From an uncultured Chloroflexia bacterium (GTDB taxonomy: Bacteria > Chloroflexota > Limnocylindria > Limnocylindrales > CSP1-4): a DNA stretch of 64,000 bases. This document shows, piece after piece, positions 1 through 13,394 of this stretch. The position numbers and the translations under genes were made by a program. Position 1 is the stretch's first letter, and each line of letters opens with the position of its first letter. Location: positions 224,001 through 288,000 of the forward strand of contig CAVVNQ010000015.1 of assembly GCA_963749705.1 (NCBI GenBank), in the 5' to 3' direction. The notes under the pieces are model-generated. The model saw nothing but the letters and a program-made list of their open reading frames with translations. It was not told the origin of the DNA and ran no database searches.

Positions 1-2988
<2,988 letters not shown>

Positions 2989-3101
2989 CCGGCGTGGGGC
3001 CATCCGGCCCTTGCACGCTCCCGGGCGTCGGCGGCGCATAATGCGGCCCATTCGCGGTGACGTCGGCATTCTCTCGACGACACCATGAGAAGGAGGAGCG
3101 A

Positions 3102-4031
3102 ATGTCCACGCGTGGACGACTTTCCCTGTTGGCATCGGTCGCGGTACTTGCCGCGGCCTGCTCGAGCGGCGGAGCCACGCCGTCGCCGTCGGCCGCCGAG
3201 CCGTCGATGGCCGAGAGCATGGCACCATCGGCGGCTCCGTCCGAGGCCATGGCCACACCGATCCCCGGCGGCCTGCTGGAGAAGGTGCTGAACGCGGGCA
3301 ACATCGTCATGTCGACCGACCCCCAGTATCCGCCCCAGTCGTCGATCACGGCTGACGGGACCTATGAGGGTTTCGACATCGACGTCGGCACGGAGATCGC
3401 GAAGCGCCTGGGCGTGACCATCTCGTTCCAAACGCCCGACTGGGACGCACTGACCGCCGGCTCATGGGGTGGCCGCTGGGACTTCAGCGTCGGCTCGATG
3501 ACCATCACCAGCAAGCGCCAGAAGGTGCTCGACTTCACGATCCCGTACTACTACACGCCCGCCCAGCTGGCGGCTCGCACCGACACCGGCATCACGACCC
3601 CCGACGGGCTGGCCGGCAAGGCCATCTGCGTCGGAGAGGCCACGACGTATCTCGACTGGATCAACGGTGAGCTTGACTTCGGGAGCGAGTCGCCCACGAC
3701 CCAGCCGCCCGCCGGTGCGACGGCAACCACCCTCAAGACCGACCGCCTGTGCGCCGAGAGCTGGAAGGCGGGCCGCAAGGACTTCGATGGCTGGCTCAGC
3801 TCATCGACGACCGTCCAGGCGGCCATCGATGACGGGCTTCCGGTCGTCAAGGTTGGCGATCCCGTGTTCTACGAGCCCCTTGCGGCCGCGTTCGACAAGA
3901 GTGGGCCCGATGCGACCGACATGGTCGCCAAGGTCAACCAGATCCTCACCGACATGCATTCGGACGGCACGCTGAGCGCGATGTCGATGAAGTGGTTCGG
4001 CGAAGACCTGACCGTGAAGCAAGGAAGCTGA
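3102..4031 (+). CDS. Polar amino acid ABC transporter substrate-binding lipoprotein
   Basis: AGGAGG RBS, lipobox LAAAC, DPQYPP, GFDIDV, DFTIPYY, DGTLSAMSMKWFG. Confidence 0.92.
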   Translation: MSTRGRLSLLASVAVLAAACSSGGATPSPSAAEPSMAESMAPSAAPSEAMATPIPGGLLEKVLNAGNIVMSTDPQYPPQSSITADGTYEGFDIDVGTEIAKRLGVTISFQTPDWDALTAGSWGGRWDFSVGSMTITSKRQKVLDFTIPYYYTPAQLAARTDTGITTPDGLAGKAICVGEATTYLDWINGELDFGSESPTTQPPAGATATTLKTDRLCAESWKAGRKDFDGWLSSSTTVQAAIDDGLPVVKVGDPVFYEPLAAAFDKSGPDATDMVAKVNQILTDMHSDGTLSAMSMKWFGEDLTVKQGS

Positions 4032-4043
4032 CGCTGGGTAAGC

Positions 4044-4076
4044 CTGCGAGGCCGCGCGAGGAGCGCGGCCTCGCAG
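4044..4076 (+). terminator. 14-bp GC hairpin after the binding-protein gene (mRNA stabiliser or partial terminator)
   Basis: CTGCGAGGCCGCGC-GAGGA-GCGCGGCCTCGCAG perfect inverted repeat, no U-tract. Confidence 0.6.
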
Positions 4077-4092
4077 CATCCGGGAGCGTGCT

Positions 4093-4950
4093 GTGAACTA
4101 TGGACAGAGTGGTCCCCACGTAGCCTCGGGCGCACTGATCGGAACAGGCGGCCCGGCCGAGATCGTGGCCGAGATCGCGAGGTCGCGAGCCAGGGCGCGT
4201 GGTCGGTTCCGGACCACCTTCGTCCTGACCTGGCTGGCGCTCGTCACCGTCATCGTCGGAGCCCTGCTTGTGGCGGGCAAGATCGACGCCGAATTCCTCG
4301 GCAAGTGGGCCTCATACATCCTGGGCGGCGTTCCGCTCACCATCATCATCTCGGTTGCGTCGATCGCCGTCGCGATCGTGCTGGCGACGCTCGGCGCGCT
4401 CGGCCGGCTCAGCGCCAATCCTGTGATCTACGCGCTCGCGAGCTTCTACGTGTCGCTCGTGCGCGGCACGCCCCTGATCGTCCAGCTGCTGTTCTTCTAC
4501 CTCGCGCTGCCCCAGATCTGGGAAGGCTTCGCCTCGATCGACCTCGTCGTCCTCGGGATTGCCGCGCTCGCCTTCAACTACGGCGCGTACATGACCGAGA
4601 TCTTCCGTGCCGGCATCCAGGCCATCCCGCGCGGGCAGCTGGAGGCGGCGGCGGCATTGGCCATGCCGCAGAGCACAACGATGCGACGGATCATCCTGCC
4701 GCAGGCGATCCGGATCGTCACTCCGGCGATCGGGAACGAGTTCATCGCCATGATCAAGGACTCAGCGCTGGTCTCCATCATCAGCGTCCAGGAGCTGCTG
4801 TGGCGCGCGCAGCGGATCGGCCAATCGAACTTCCGGAGCCTGGACACGCTGCTGCTGGCCGCCCTGGTGTACTGGGTCATGACCATCATCCTCAGCCTGT
4901 TCCAGGACCGGCTTGAGAAGCGGCTGGCTGAAAGCGACGTGCGACTGTGA
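4093..4950 (+). CDS. Amino acid ABC transporter permease
   Basis: RGTPLIVQL, AYMTEIFRAGIQAIPRGQLEAA (EAA motif), IKDSAL. Confidence 0.93.
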   Translation: MNYGQSGPHVASGALIGTGGPAEIVAEIARSRARARGRFRTTFVLTWLALVTVIVGALLVAGKIDAEFLGKWASYILGGVPLTIIISVASIAVAIVLATLGALGRLSANPVIYALASFYVSLVRGTPLIVQLLFFYLALPQIWEGFASIDLVVLGIAALAFNYGAYMTEIFRAGIQAIPRGQLEAAAALAMPQSTTMRRIILPQAIRIVTPAIGNEFIAMIKDSALVSIISVQELLWRAQRIGQSNFRSLDTLLLAALVYWVMTIILSLFQDRLEKRLAESDVRL

Positions 4951-5801
4951 CCACGATGGGCGAGCGAGATCCATATGCACAGCCGGGTGCGCTGACCCCG
5001 GCGGGAGCCGAGCCCATCGTGCGCGCCCTGGCCCTGGAGAAGTTCTACGGTGCAAACCACGTCCTGAAGGGCTGCACCCTGGAGGTCTACCCGCGCGAGA
5101 CGATCTGCCTGATCGGCAAGTCCGGGTCGGGCAAGAGCACGCTGCTGCGCTGCATCAACTTCCTCGAGGAGCCGACCGTGGGTGCAATCGAGGTCGACGG
5201 AATGCGCGTCGATGCCGATCCGCTCCACACCCGGAGCCGGCAGCACCGCGAGCAGATCCGCCAAATTCGGCTCCAGGCCCAGATGGTGTTCCAGGAGTTC
5301 AACCTGTTCCCGCACCTCAAGGTCATCGACAACCTGATCGAGGCGCCGATCCGCGTGAAGGGCGTGCGGCGTGACGACGCGATCGCGACGGCGGAGAAGT
5401 ACCTGGACAAGGTCGGGTTGGCCGAGAAGCGGAACGAGTATCCGGGTCGGCTGTCAGGCGGCCAGAAGCAGCGTGTCGCGATCGCCCGCGCGCTGACGAT
5501 GGAGCCCAAGGTGCTGATGTTCGACGAGCCGACATCGGCCCTCGATCCGACGCTGGTCGGCGAGGTCCTGAACGTCATGGAGGAGCTCGCCCACGAAGGC
5601 GCGACCATGATCGTCGTGACCCACGAGATGGCGTTCGCGCGCGAGGCTGCGGACCGTGTCTACTACATCGAGGACGGCGTGTTCGTGGAGGTCGGTCCGC
5701 CGGAGCAGGTGCTCGGCAATCCGTCCGACCCGCGGACGCGCGAGTTCCTCGCGAGGACGCTGGGTGAGAGCGCCTTGAGCGGCGCGCCGGTCGAGGGCTA
5801 G
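4947..5801 (+). CDS. Amino acid ABC transporter ATP-binding protein (GlnQ-like)
   Basis: GKSGSGKST, LSGGQKQR, DEPTSALD, VTHEM. Confidence 0.95.
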   Translation: MTTMGERDPYAQPGALTPAGAEPIVRALALEKFYGANHVLKGCTLEVYPRETICLIGKSGSGKSTLLRCINFLEEPTVGAIEVDGMRVDADPLHTRSRQHREQIRQIRLQAQMVFQEFNLFPHLKVIDNLIEAPIRVKGVRRDDAIATAEKYLDKVGLAEKRNEYPGRLSGGQKQRVAIARALTMEPKVLMFDEPTSALDPTLVGEVLNVMEELAHEGATMIVVTHEMAFAREAADRVYYIEDGVFVEVGPPEQVLGNPSDPRTREFLARTLGESALSGAPVEG

Positions 5802-5874
5802 GCGCGGCGGGGTTCGGCAGGGTCGCGAATCCTTCCTCCCCGGGTCGGCGTCGCCGTCCGCGTATCATCGGGCC

Positions 5875-6171
5875 ATGGCCACGCTGACCCGCGCCGACGT
5901 CGAGCACGTCGCGTATCTCGCCCGCCTCGGGCTCACCGACGAGGAGCTCGCCCGGCTCGAGGGCCAGCTCAACCACATCCTCGACCAGTACACCAGGCTC
6001 GCGGAGCTGGACACCGACGCCATCCCGCCGACGGCGCAGACGATCGAGCTCGAGAACATCCTGCGCGAGGACGTTGCACAGCCGTCGATGCCGGTCGAGG
6101 CGGTGCTCGCGAACGCGCCCGAACGCGACCGCGAGTTCTTCGTCGTGCCGGCCATCCTGGGCGGCGAATGA
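5875..6171 (+). CDS. gatC: Asp/Glu-tRNA amidotransferase subunit C
   Basis: VEHVAYLARL, LREDV, LANAP, FFVVPAIL; directly upstream of gatA. Confidence 0.95.
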   Translation: MATLTRADVEHVAYLARLGLTDEELARLEGQLNHILDQYTRLAELDTDAIPPTAQTIELENILREDVAQPSMPVEAVLANAPERDREFFVVPAILGGE

Positions 6172-6220
6172 GCAGGCCCCGGCGCCCGAGCGCGGCGTGG
6201 CGAACGGGCACGGCTGCGCG

Positions 6221-7813
6221 ATGACCGACCTCGATCCGACGCGCCTCACGGCGCACGAGATGGCCGCGCACCTCCGTGCCGGCGACGTCTCGTCCCGGGA
6301 CCTGGCGGCCGCGCACCTGGAGCGGATCCACGCCACGGATCGCGGCCTCCATGCGTGGCTGACCGTCGACGACGAGCGCGCGCTTGCCGAGGCCGATGCC
6401 GCCGACGCCCGCCTTGCCGCGGCCCGTGCGGATGGCGGCGGCGCCGTCGACGCGCTCCACCCGCTGCTCGGCATCCCGGTGGCGCTCAAGGACCTGGTGT
6501 CGGTCGCCGGCGGCCAGTGCACCGCCGGCTCGCGGATCCTCGACGGCTACCTCGCCCCGTTCGATTCCCACGTCACGGAGCGGTTGCGCGACGCCGGCGC
6601 GGTGATCCTGGGCAAGACCAACATGGACGAGTTCGCGATGGGCTCGTCGACCGAGCACTCGGCCTTCGGCCCGACGGCCAACCCATGGGACCTCGACCGG
6701 GTGCCGGGCGGCTCGAGTGGCGGCTCGGCGGCGGCGGTGGCCGCCAACCAGGTCCCGCTCGGGATCGGGACGGACACCGGCGGCTCGATCCGCCAGCCCG
6801 CCGCGCTGTGCGGGATCGTGGGCATGAAGCCGACCTACGGGCGGGTGAGCCGCTACGGGATCGTCGCGTTCGCGAGCAGCCTCGACCAGATCGGCCCGCT
6901 CGCGCGCGACACGCGCGACGCCGCCGCGCTGCTCCACGCGGTCTCGGGGCGCGACGCGCGCGACTCGACGTCCGCGCCGGTCCCCGTGCCGGACGACCTG
7001 CTCCACCTGCCCGACTCCGATGACGAGGCGGCCTCGTGGCTGCGGGGCAAGCGGTTCGGGCTGCCCCGCGAGTACTTCGTGAGCGGCATGGAGCCCGGCG
7101 TCGAGGCGCGGGTGCGCGAGGCGGTGGCGGCGCTCGAGGCGGCCGGCGCGATCGTCGAGGAGGTCAGCCTGCCGCACACCGACTACGGGCTCGCGACCTA
7201 CTACATCGTCGCGCCGGCCGAGGCATCGTCCAACCTCGCGCGCTACGACGGCGTCCGGTTCGGCTACAGCGTCCGTGGCGGCGACGACTACCTGGCCGAC
7301 TACCTCGCGACCCGCGGCCAGGGGTTCGGCGCCGAGGTCAAGCGCCGGATCATGCTCGGCACGTACGGGCTGTCGGCCGGCTACTACGACGCGTTCTACG
7401 TCAAGGCCCAGAAGGTGCGGACGCTGATCAAGCGCGACTTCGACCGCCTGTGGGAGGCGGGGTTCGACGCCCTGGTCGCGCCCACCTCGCCATCGGTCGC
7501 CTTCCCGTTCGGTGCCCGGATGGCCGATCCCGTGCAGATGTACCTGTCCGACGCGTGCACGCTGCCGGTGAACATGGCCGGGCTGCCCGGGATCTCCGTC
7601 CCGTGCGGGCTGTCGGAAGGGCTGCCGGTCGGCCTCCAGCTCATCGGCGCCGCGTGGTCCGAGGCCGCGCTGTTCCGCGCCGCCCGGGCCTACGAGGGCC
7701 TGACGGCAGACGCCGACTGGCGTCGGGTCGAGCCGCGGGACCTGCCACGCCTCGACGATCCATCCGCGCCGACGCCGGCCGAGCGGGTCGCCGCGTCCCG
7801 GGCGGCCGAGTAG
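6221..7813 (+). CDS. gatA: Asp/Glu-tRNA amidotransferase subunit A
   Basis: GKTNMDEFAMGSS, GGSSGGSAAAV, GTDTGGSIRQPA, EVKRRIMLGT. Confidence 0.97.
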   Translation: MTDLDPTRLTAHEMAAHLRAGDVSSRDLAAAHLERIHATDRGLHAWLTVDDERALAEADAADARLAAARADGGGAVDALHPLLGIPVALKDLVSVAGGQCTAGSRILDGYLAPFDSHVTERLRDAGAVILGKTNMDEFAMGSSTEHSAFGPTANPWDLDRVPGGSSGGSAAAVAANQVPLGIGTDTGGSIRQPAALCGIVGMKPTYGRVSRYGIVAFASSLDQIGPLARDTRDAAALLHAVSGRDARDSTSAPVPVPDDLLHLPDSDDEAASWLRGKRFGLPREYFVSGMEPGVEARVREAVAALEAAGAIVEEVSLPHTDYGLATYYIVAPAEASSNLARYDGVRFGYSVRGGDDYLADYLATRGQGFGAEVKRRIMLGTYGLSAGYYDAFYVKAQKVRTLIKRDFDRLWEAGFDALVAPTSPSVAFPFGARMADPVQMYLSDACTLPVNMAGLPGISVPCGLSEGLPVGLQLIGAAWSEAALFRAARAYEGLTADADWRRVEPRDLPRLDDPSAPTPAERVAASRAAE

Positions 7814-7874
7814 GGTCGTCCGGCTCTCGTCCTCGACAGGCGCCCTCGCCACCATCTCGGGCGGAGGTGCAGGG

Positions 7875-8657
7875 ATGCGCAAACGGGTCATTGTCGGGTC
7901 GACGATCGCGGCCATCTGCTGGGCCGGCTACTACCGCACGCGACGCTGGTGGGCGACCTGGGGTGTCGACTCCGCCGAGCGAGACCGCGCGCTGCCGGGC
8001 GACGGCCTGGTGCCCGAGCCGACCATGAGCGACACGCGCGGGATCACGATCGCGGCGCCGCCGTCAGCCGTGTGGCCGTGGATCGTCCAGCTGGGCTATG
8101 GCCGCGGCGGCTGGTACAGCTACGACCGGGTGGACATGCGCGGCGGCAGCGCCGACGAGATCCGGCCGGAGTGGCAACAGCTGGCGGTCGGCGACGTGGT
8201 GCCGACCGACCCGGATGGCGGGTTCGAGGTCCGCGCCCTGGAACCCGGGCGCGCGCTGGTCCTGACGGTCGACAACGAGCTCGTGGCGCGGCAGCGGGGC
8301 ATGTCCACGGCAACGGATGGCGTCCCGGTCGGCCTGGCCACGTCGGGTCGGTTCATGCAGGCGTCGATGCCGTCCGAGTTCGCGGTGTCCTGGGCGTTCG
8401 TGCTCGAGCCGCTCGACGGGGACCGGACGCGCCTGATCGAGCGCGTGAGGGGCCGGTTCGGCCAGGGGACACCCGCGACGCGCGCGCTCGGGCCGCTGCT
8501 CGGCTTCGGCGTGTTCCTGATGACGCAGCGCCAGATGGTGGGGATCCGCGAGCGAGCAGAGGCCGCCCCGCACGTCGTGATCGGGCAGCCGATGGACCAG
8601 CCGGACGAGCCGCCGACGGCCGTGGAGCACGAGGAGCCCGTCCTGGCGCCCGCGTGA
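7875..8657 (+). CDS. Hypothetical protein, SRPBCC-like family
   Basis: GGAGG RBS; LPGDGLV, VWPWIVQLGYGRGGWYSYD, WAFVLEP, TRLIER. Confidence 0.7.
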   Translation: MRKRVIVGSTIAAICWAGYYRTRRWWATWGVDSAERDRALPGDGLVPEPTMSDTRGITIAAPPSAVWPWIVQLGYGRGGWYSYDRVDMRGGSADEIRPEWQQLAVGDVVPTDPDGGFEVRALEPGRALVLTVDNELVARQRGMSTATDGVPVGLATSGRFMQASMPSEFAVSWAFVLEPLDGDRTRLIERVRGRFGQGTPATRALGPLLGFGVFLMTQRQMVGIRERAEAAPHVVIGQPMDQPDEPPTAVEHEEPVLAPA

Positions 8658-8724
8658 CGCAGCCTGTCCGGACCATCGCCGGGCCGCCGGATCGGCCCAC
8701 CGCGATGCCGTACCCTAGGCCGTC

Positions 8725-9951
8725 ATGAGCGCCGACGAGACCCTCACCGTCCATCCGGTCGTCACCGACCGCCCGCCGCTCGCCGGTCGCGCGCTCGCTC
8801 GGCGCGTGCTCGACGTCCCGCCGTCCGGCATCCGGCGGTTCTTCGACATCCTGGCCACGATGGACGACGTGATCAGCCTCGGGGTGGGGGAGCCCGACTT
8901 CGACACCCCGCGCGAGATCGTCGAGGCGGGCGTCGAGAGCCTCCGCGAGGGCCGGACGCACTACACCTCGAACTTCGGCACGATCGAGCTGCGGCGTGCG
9001 CTGTCCGAGCACCTCGAGCAGCGCTACGGCGTCCGCTACGACCCGGCCACGGAGATCCTGATCACCGTCGGCGCGTCGGAGGCCGTCGACCTCGCGCTGC
9101 GGGCGACCTGCGACCCGGGCGACGAGGTGATCCTCCACGAGCCGTCGTACGTGGCGTACGTGCCCGCGATCGTGTTCGCGGGCGGCGTGGTGCGCTCCGT
9201 TGCCACCCGCTTCGAGGACGACTTCGCGCTCGACCCGGCCGCCGTCGAGGCGGCGATCACGCCGCGGACCAAGGCGCTGTTCCTGGGCTACCCGGCGAAC
9301 CCGACCGGCGCGGTCCTCAACGACGACGTCCAGGACGAGCTGGCGCGGATCGCACGCGACCACGACCTGCTCGTGTACAGCGACGAGATCTACGACCGGC
9401 TGGCGTACGGCACCTACCGCCACCGCGCGTTCAGCTCGCTGCCCGGGATGCGCGAGCGCACGATCCTGATGGGCGGCTTCTCGAAGGCCTATGCGATGAC
9501 GGGCTGGCGCGTCGGCTGGATGTGCGCCCCGGCGCCGATCCTGGAGGGCATCGTCAAGGTCCACCAGTACGGGATCATGTCCGCGCCCACCGTCGCCCAG
9601 GACGCGGCCCTCGCGGCGCTCCAGGGCGGCGAGCCGCACGTCGCCGCGATGGTGGCCGAGTACGACCGCCGCCGCCGGCTGCTGGTCGACGGGCTCAACC
9701 GGATCGGGCTGCCGACGTTCGAGCCGCGCGGCGCGTTCTACGCCTTTCCGAAGATCACCTCGACCGGCCTCACGTCCGACGAGTTCACGGAGCGGCTGCT
9801 GCGCGAGGAGCAGGTGGCGGTCGTTCCCGGCAACGCGTTCGGCCCGTCGGGCGAGGGGCACGTGCGGATGTGCTACGCGACGGCGTACGAGCAGGTCGAG
9901 GAAGCCCTGGTCCGGATCGGCCGGTTCGTCGAGCGGGTGCGTCCCGCCTGA
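8725..9951 (+). CDS. Class I/II PLP-dependent aminotransferase
   Basis: ISLGVGEPDF, PANPTG, SDEIY, FSKAYAMTGWRVG. Confidence 0.95.
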   Translation: MSADETLTVHPVVTDRPPLAGRALARRVLDVPPSGIRRFFDILATMDDVISLGVGEPDFDTPREIVEAGVESLREGRTHYTSNFGTIELRRALSEHLEQRYGVRYDPATEILITVGASEAVDLALRATCDPGDEVILHEPSYVAYVPAIVFAGGVVRSVATRFEDDFALDPAAVEAAITPRTKALFLGYPANPTGAVLNDDVQDELARIARDHDLLVYSDEIYDRLAYGTYRHRAFSSLPGMRERTILMGGFSKAYAMTGWRVGWMCAPAPILEGIVKVHQYGIMSAPTVAQDAALAALQGGEPHVAAMVAEYDRRRRLLVDGLNRIGLPTFEPRGAFYAFPKITSTGLTSDEFTERLLREEQVAVVPGNAFGPSGEGHVRMCYATAYEQVEEALVRIGRFVERVRPA

Positions 9952-10090
9952 GGCGACCGGGGGCCGGATCGCAGGCCCGCCCGGTGACCTTCGTCACTTC
10001 CTCGACCGGCGCCTGCGGCGCACGCTCGTGGTTCCGGGATCCCGACCGGCGCGGTCGGGGCTTCCCGCCCCGTTCAAGGTGGTGCGCCCC

Positions 10091-10530
10091 ATGACCCGAG
10101 CCCTCGTCGTTCATCACGATATCGACCTCGCCGACCAGGAGGTGGAATCGCTCCGCCGGCTCGGCTATGACGTCGAGCAATGCAGCGGTCCCACCGCGAA
10201 CACCTGCCCCATCCTCAACGGCGGAACCTGCCACCTCGCGGCCGAGGCGGACGTCCTCGTGTACGACGCGTGGGCGAGCGGCGACACCGATGGCTCCGGA
10301 GATCTCATCTCGGGGCTCCGCCAGCTGCATCCGTCGATCCCGCTCGTGCTCACGACGCCCGGCATCGGGTATGCGTGGGAGCCGTCGGGCGACCGCGGCG
10401 TCGTGGAGCTCCAGGGCCAGCCCACGGGTGCGCGCCTCCACGAGGCCATCCAGCAGGCGATCATGGGCCAGCAGGCGATGACCGAGCCTGCGGAGGGACA
10501 CGAAGCCGGCGTAGTCGCTCGATCACGCCG
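10091..10530 (+). CDS. Hypothetical receiver-like protein with Cys motif (3' end uncertain; frame stays open to 10669)
   Basis: ALVVHHD...LRRLGYDV..CSGP..CP..C..ADVLVYD...LRQLHPSIPLVL resembles a CheY-like fold. Confidence 0.55.
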
Positions 10531-10559
10531 GTGGCGCCGTCTATGCCAAACTCTGGGGC

Positions 10560-10823
10560 ATGCTCGGTGCGCTGCTCGTCCTGTCCGGCCTCGTCGCGCT
10601 CGTCTACGGATCCTGGCGGGGATACCACGCGGCGAGGTCCGCGCTCGCGCCGCTGATCCGGGACGGTGAGCCCACCCGCAGCCTGATCGAGGCCGGGCGC
10701 CCGATCCTCGGCCGCGCCCGGGTCCGCGTCGCGGTGCGCCACGTGCTCCAGTCCGTCGGCTGGCTGGCGATCGCGATGTACGGGCTGTACCTGGCAACGG
10801 TCGGCCTCACGGTGCGCTCGTGA
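10560..10823 (+). CDS. Small membrane protein
   Basis: Two hydrophobic segments; stop overlaps the gatB start (GTGA). Confidence 0.65.
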   Translation: MLGALLVLSGLVALVYGSWRGYHAARSALAPLIRDGEPTRSLIEAGRPILGRARVRVAVRHVLQSVGWLAIAMYGLYLATVGLTVRS

Positions 10824-12317
10824 CCGCAGCCGTGGAGCGCGCCGCGGACGTCCTCGAGCGCTACGAGCCCGTGATCGGGATCGAGGTCCACTGCCAGCTG
10901 CGGACCGAATCGAAGATGTTCTGCAGCTGCTCCACCGCCTACGACGGGGCGCCGCCCAACAGCCACGTGTGCCCGGTCTGCCTCGGGCTGCCGGGGACGC
11001 TGCCGGTGATCAACCGGCGCGCGGTCGAGATGGTCATCGCGACCGGGCTGGCGATCGAGGCCGCGATCCCCGAGCGCACCCAGTGGGAGCGCAAGAACTA
11101 CTTCTACCCGGACCTGCCCAAGGGATACCAGATCAGCCAGTACGCGATCCCGCTGGCGGCGCGGGGGCGGCTGGCGATCGAGACATCCGGCGGCCCGTTC
11201 ACGGTCGGGATCACCCGTGCCCACCTCGAGGAGGACACGGCGAAGCTCATCCACGCGGACGCCGCAGGGCGCGGCGGGCCGTCGCGCCTCGCTGGTGGAC
11301 TTCAACCGGTCCGGGGCGCCGCTGATGGAGATCGTCACCGAGCCCGACATCCGGTCCGCGGAGCAGGCGCGCCGCTACGCGGAGGAGCTCCAGCTGCTGC
11401 TCCGCGCGATCGGGGTCAGCGATGCGGACATGGAGCGCGGCCAGATGCGGGTCGAGGCCAACGTGTCGCTCCGGCCGCGCGGGACCGAGGCGTTCGGGAC
11501 CCGGGTCGAGGTCAAGAACATGAACTCGTTCCGGGCCGTGGAGCGTGCGATCGCGTTCGAGATCGAGCGGCAGGCGCACGCGCTCGACACGGGCGATCCG
11601 CTGTCGATGGAGACGCGCGGCTGGGACGACGGGCAGCAGGCGACGTACCGGATGCGCTCGAAGGAGACGTCCGAGGACTACCGCTACTTCCCCGAGCCGG
11701 ACCTGCCGCCGCTCCACGTCGAGCCGGCCTGGATCGACGGGGTGCGTGCCGGCCTGCCGGAGCTGCCCGCGGCCCGGCGATCCCGCTACGTCGCGCTCGG
11801 GATCACCGGCTACGACGCGGCGGTGATCGTCGCGGACCCGGCGATGACGACCGCGTTCGAGGCGATCTCCGGGGCCGGGTCGGCGCCCGCCAAGGAGGTC
11901 GCCAACTTCGTGAGCGGGCCGCACGCCCGGGCGGTCAAGGCCGGTGGCCTCAACGACCGGGGCACGGCCGGAGCCTCGGATCCGGCCGGCATCGCGCGCC
12001 TGATCGAGGCCATCGCGGAGGGTCGCGTGTCCCGGCCGACCGGGCGCGACCTGCTCGACCGCCATCTCGCGGATGGGCTTCCCGCCGACGAGCTGCTCGC
12101 GAGTGCGGGGCCCGGCCCGATCTCCGATGACGCCTCGCTGCTCGAGCTCGTCGACACGGTGATCGCCGCCAACCCCAGGGCCGTCACCGACTATCGGGCC
12201 GGAAAGCCGGTGACCGGGTTCTTCGTCGGCCAGGTGATGAAGGCGACCCGTGGCGCCGCCGATGCCGCGCGGGTCACGGCGCTGGTGCACCAGCGCCTCG
12301 ACGACACGGAGGGTTAG
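10820..12317 (+). CDS. gatB: Asp/Glu-tRNA amidotransferase subunit B, one frameshift near 11270
   Basis: [28 protein letters not shown], then [43 protein letters not shown] in a second frame. Confidence 0.96.
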
Positions 12318-12320
12318 CCG

Positions 12321-12593
12321 TTGGGCGTGCTCAATCTCGTGCTCTGGGCCGCGGGCGTGGCGCTGATCGCCACCGGGTTCGTGCGCGCCAGGGGGCCGTA
12401 CCGGCGATACATGATGCTCCGGGAGCAGGATGCCAACGTCGCCCGCTACGAGGCGTGGCGCGGCGGCTCGCGACCGGATGCGCGGACCGGGGCGTCGGTC
12501 GCGATGCAGCTGCTCCGCCGCCAGTGGCAGATCGGGGTCGGGATCCTGGTGGTGGGGATCGTCCTGGTGCTGGCGGGGTTCGCCGTCCGCTGA
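12321..12593 (+). CDS. Small membrane protein
   Basis: N- and C-terminal hydrophobic helices; TTG start right after gatB. Confidence 0.65.
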   Translation: MGVLNLVLWAAGVALIATGFVRARGPYRRYMMLREQDANVARYEAWRGGSRPDARTGASVAMQLLRRQWQIGVGILVVGIVLVLAGFAVR

Positions 12594-12645
12594 CCCGTGG
12601 CGAGCTCCCGGCGAGCTCGCGCCGATCACCCGGGCGGCGCGGCGA

Positions 12646-13155
12646 TCAGCCCAGGCGCAGGCGGCTGACCTCGATCGAGGTGCAGCGGTCCATCACGACG
12701 GGGATGCCGCCGTCGGCCGCGATCCTCGCCGCCTCCCAGCTCACGATGCCCAGCTGCAGCCACAGGCAGCCGGCGCCCGCGGCCACGGCCTCGCGGGCGT
12801 GCCCGGGGCAGGCGGCGGCGTTGCGGAACACGTCGACGATGTCGACGGGACCCTCGGCGGCAACGGCCGCGGCCAGGTCCGGGTAGCAGCGACGGCCGAG
12901 GACCTCGGTCTCGCGCGGGCTGACCGGGACCACCTCGTAGCCGGCGTCCATCAGGTGGGCCATCACGCCGTGCGAGGGACGGAACGGACGCGACGAAGCC
13001 CCGATCACCGCGATCCGCCTCGCAGACCGCAGGAGGTCGGCGATCGCGGCGTCGTCGAGCAGGGGCGCTTGCCACCGCCCCTCGTGCAGGTCGAGGATGT
13101 CCCGGAGCCGCTCGCGCTCGGTCGAGCCGCCGGGCCTGGGTTCGTGATCGTCCAT
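12646..13155 (-). CDS. CoA-binding protein (YccU-like)
   Basis: IAVIGAS, GYEVVPV, VDIVDVFR, LWLQLGI, VVMDRC. Confidence 0.9.
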   Translation of the reverse strand: MDDHEPRPGGSTERERLRDILDLHEGRWQAPLLDDAAIADLLRSARRIAVIGASSRPFRPSHGVMAHLMDAGYEVVPVSPRETEVLGRRCYPDLAAAVAAEGPVDIVDVFRNAAACPGHAREAVAAGAGCLWLQLGIVSWEAARIAADGGIPVVMDRCTSIEVSRLRLG

Positions 13156-13214
13156 CCGTCCTTCGGGATCCTGTCGCGGGCCGTGTAGCAGGTAGATGCG
13201 CGACCCACGGATGA

Positions 13215-13244
13215 TTGCACGGGAAACGCCGGGACAGGCATACT
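13215..13244 (+). promoter_or_regulatory. Putative housekeeping-sigma promoter of the nucleoside ABC operon
   Basis: TTGCAC-N18-CATACT about 150 nt upstream of the start. Confidence 0.5.
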
Positions 13245-13394
13245 CTCCCCAGCCGCACGGGTCCCGACCATGGAGGCCGCAGGGAGGCCGCGACCCGCGA
13301 CCGGCGAACCGGCGCAACCACGTCGCGCCGCGAACAACCTCGGCGACTGCGAGACCATTCTGGCTCGCGCGCCGACTATCGAGGAGGAGCAACC

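Noticed and set aside
3011-3042. TTGCAC...CATAAT promoter for the amino acid ABC operon
   Set aside because: The spacer is 20 nt as sequenced; plausible only if local indel errors exist, so it is not listed as a feature.
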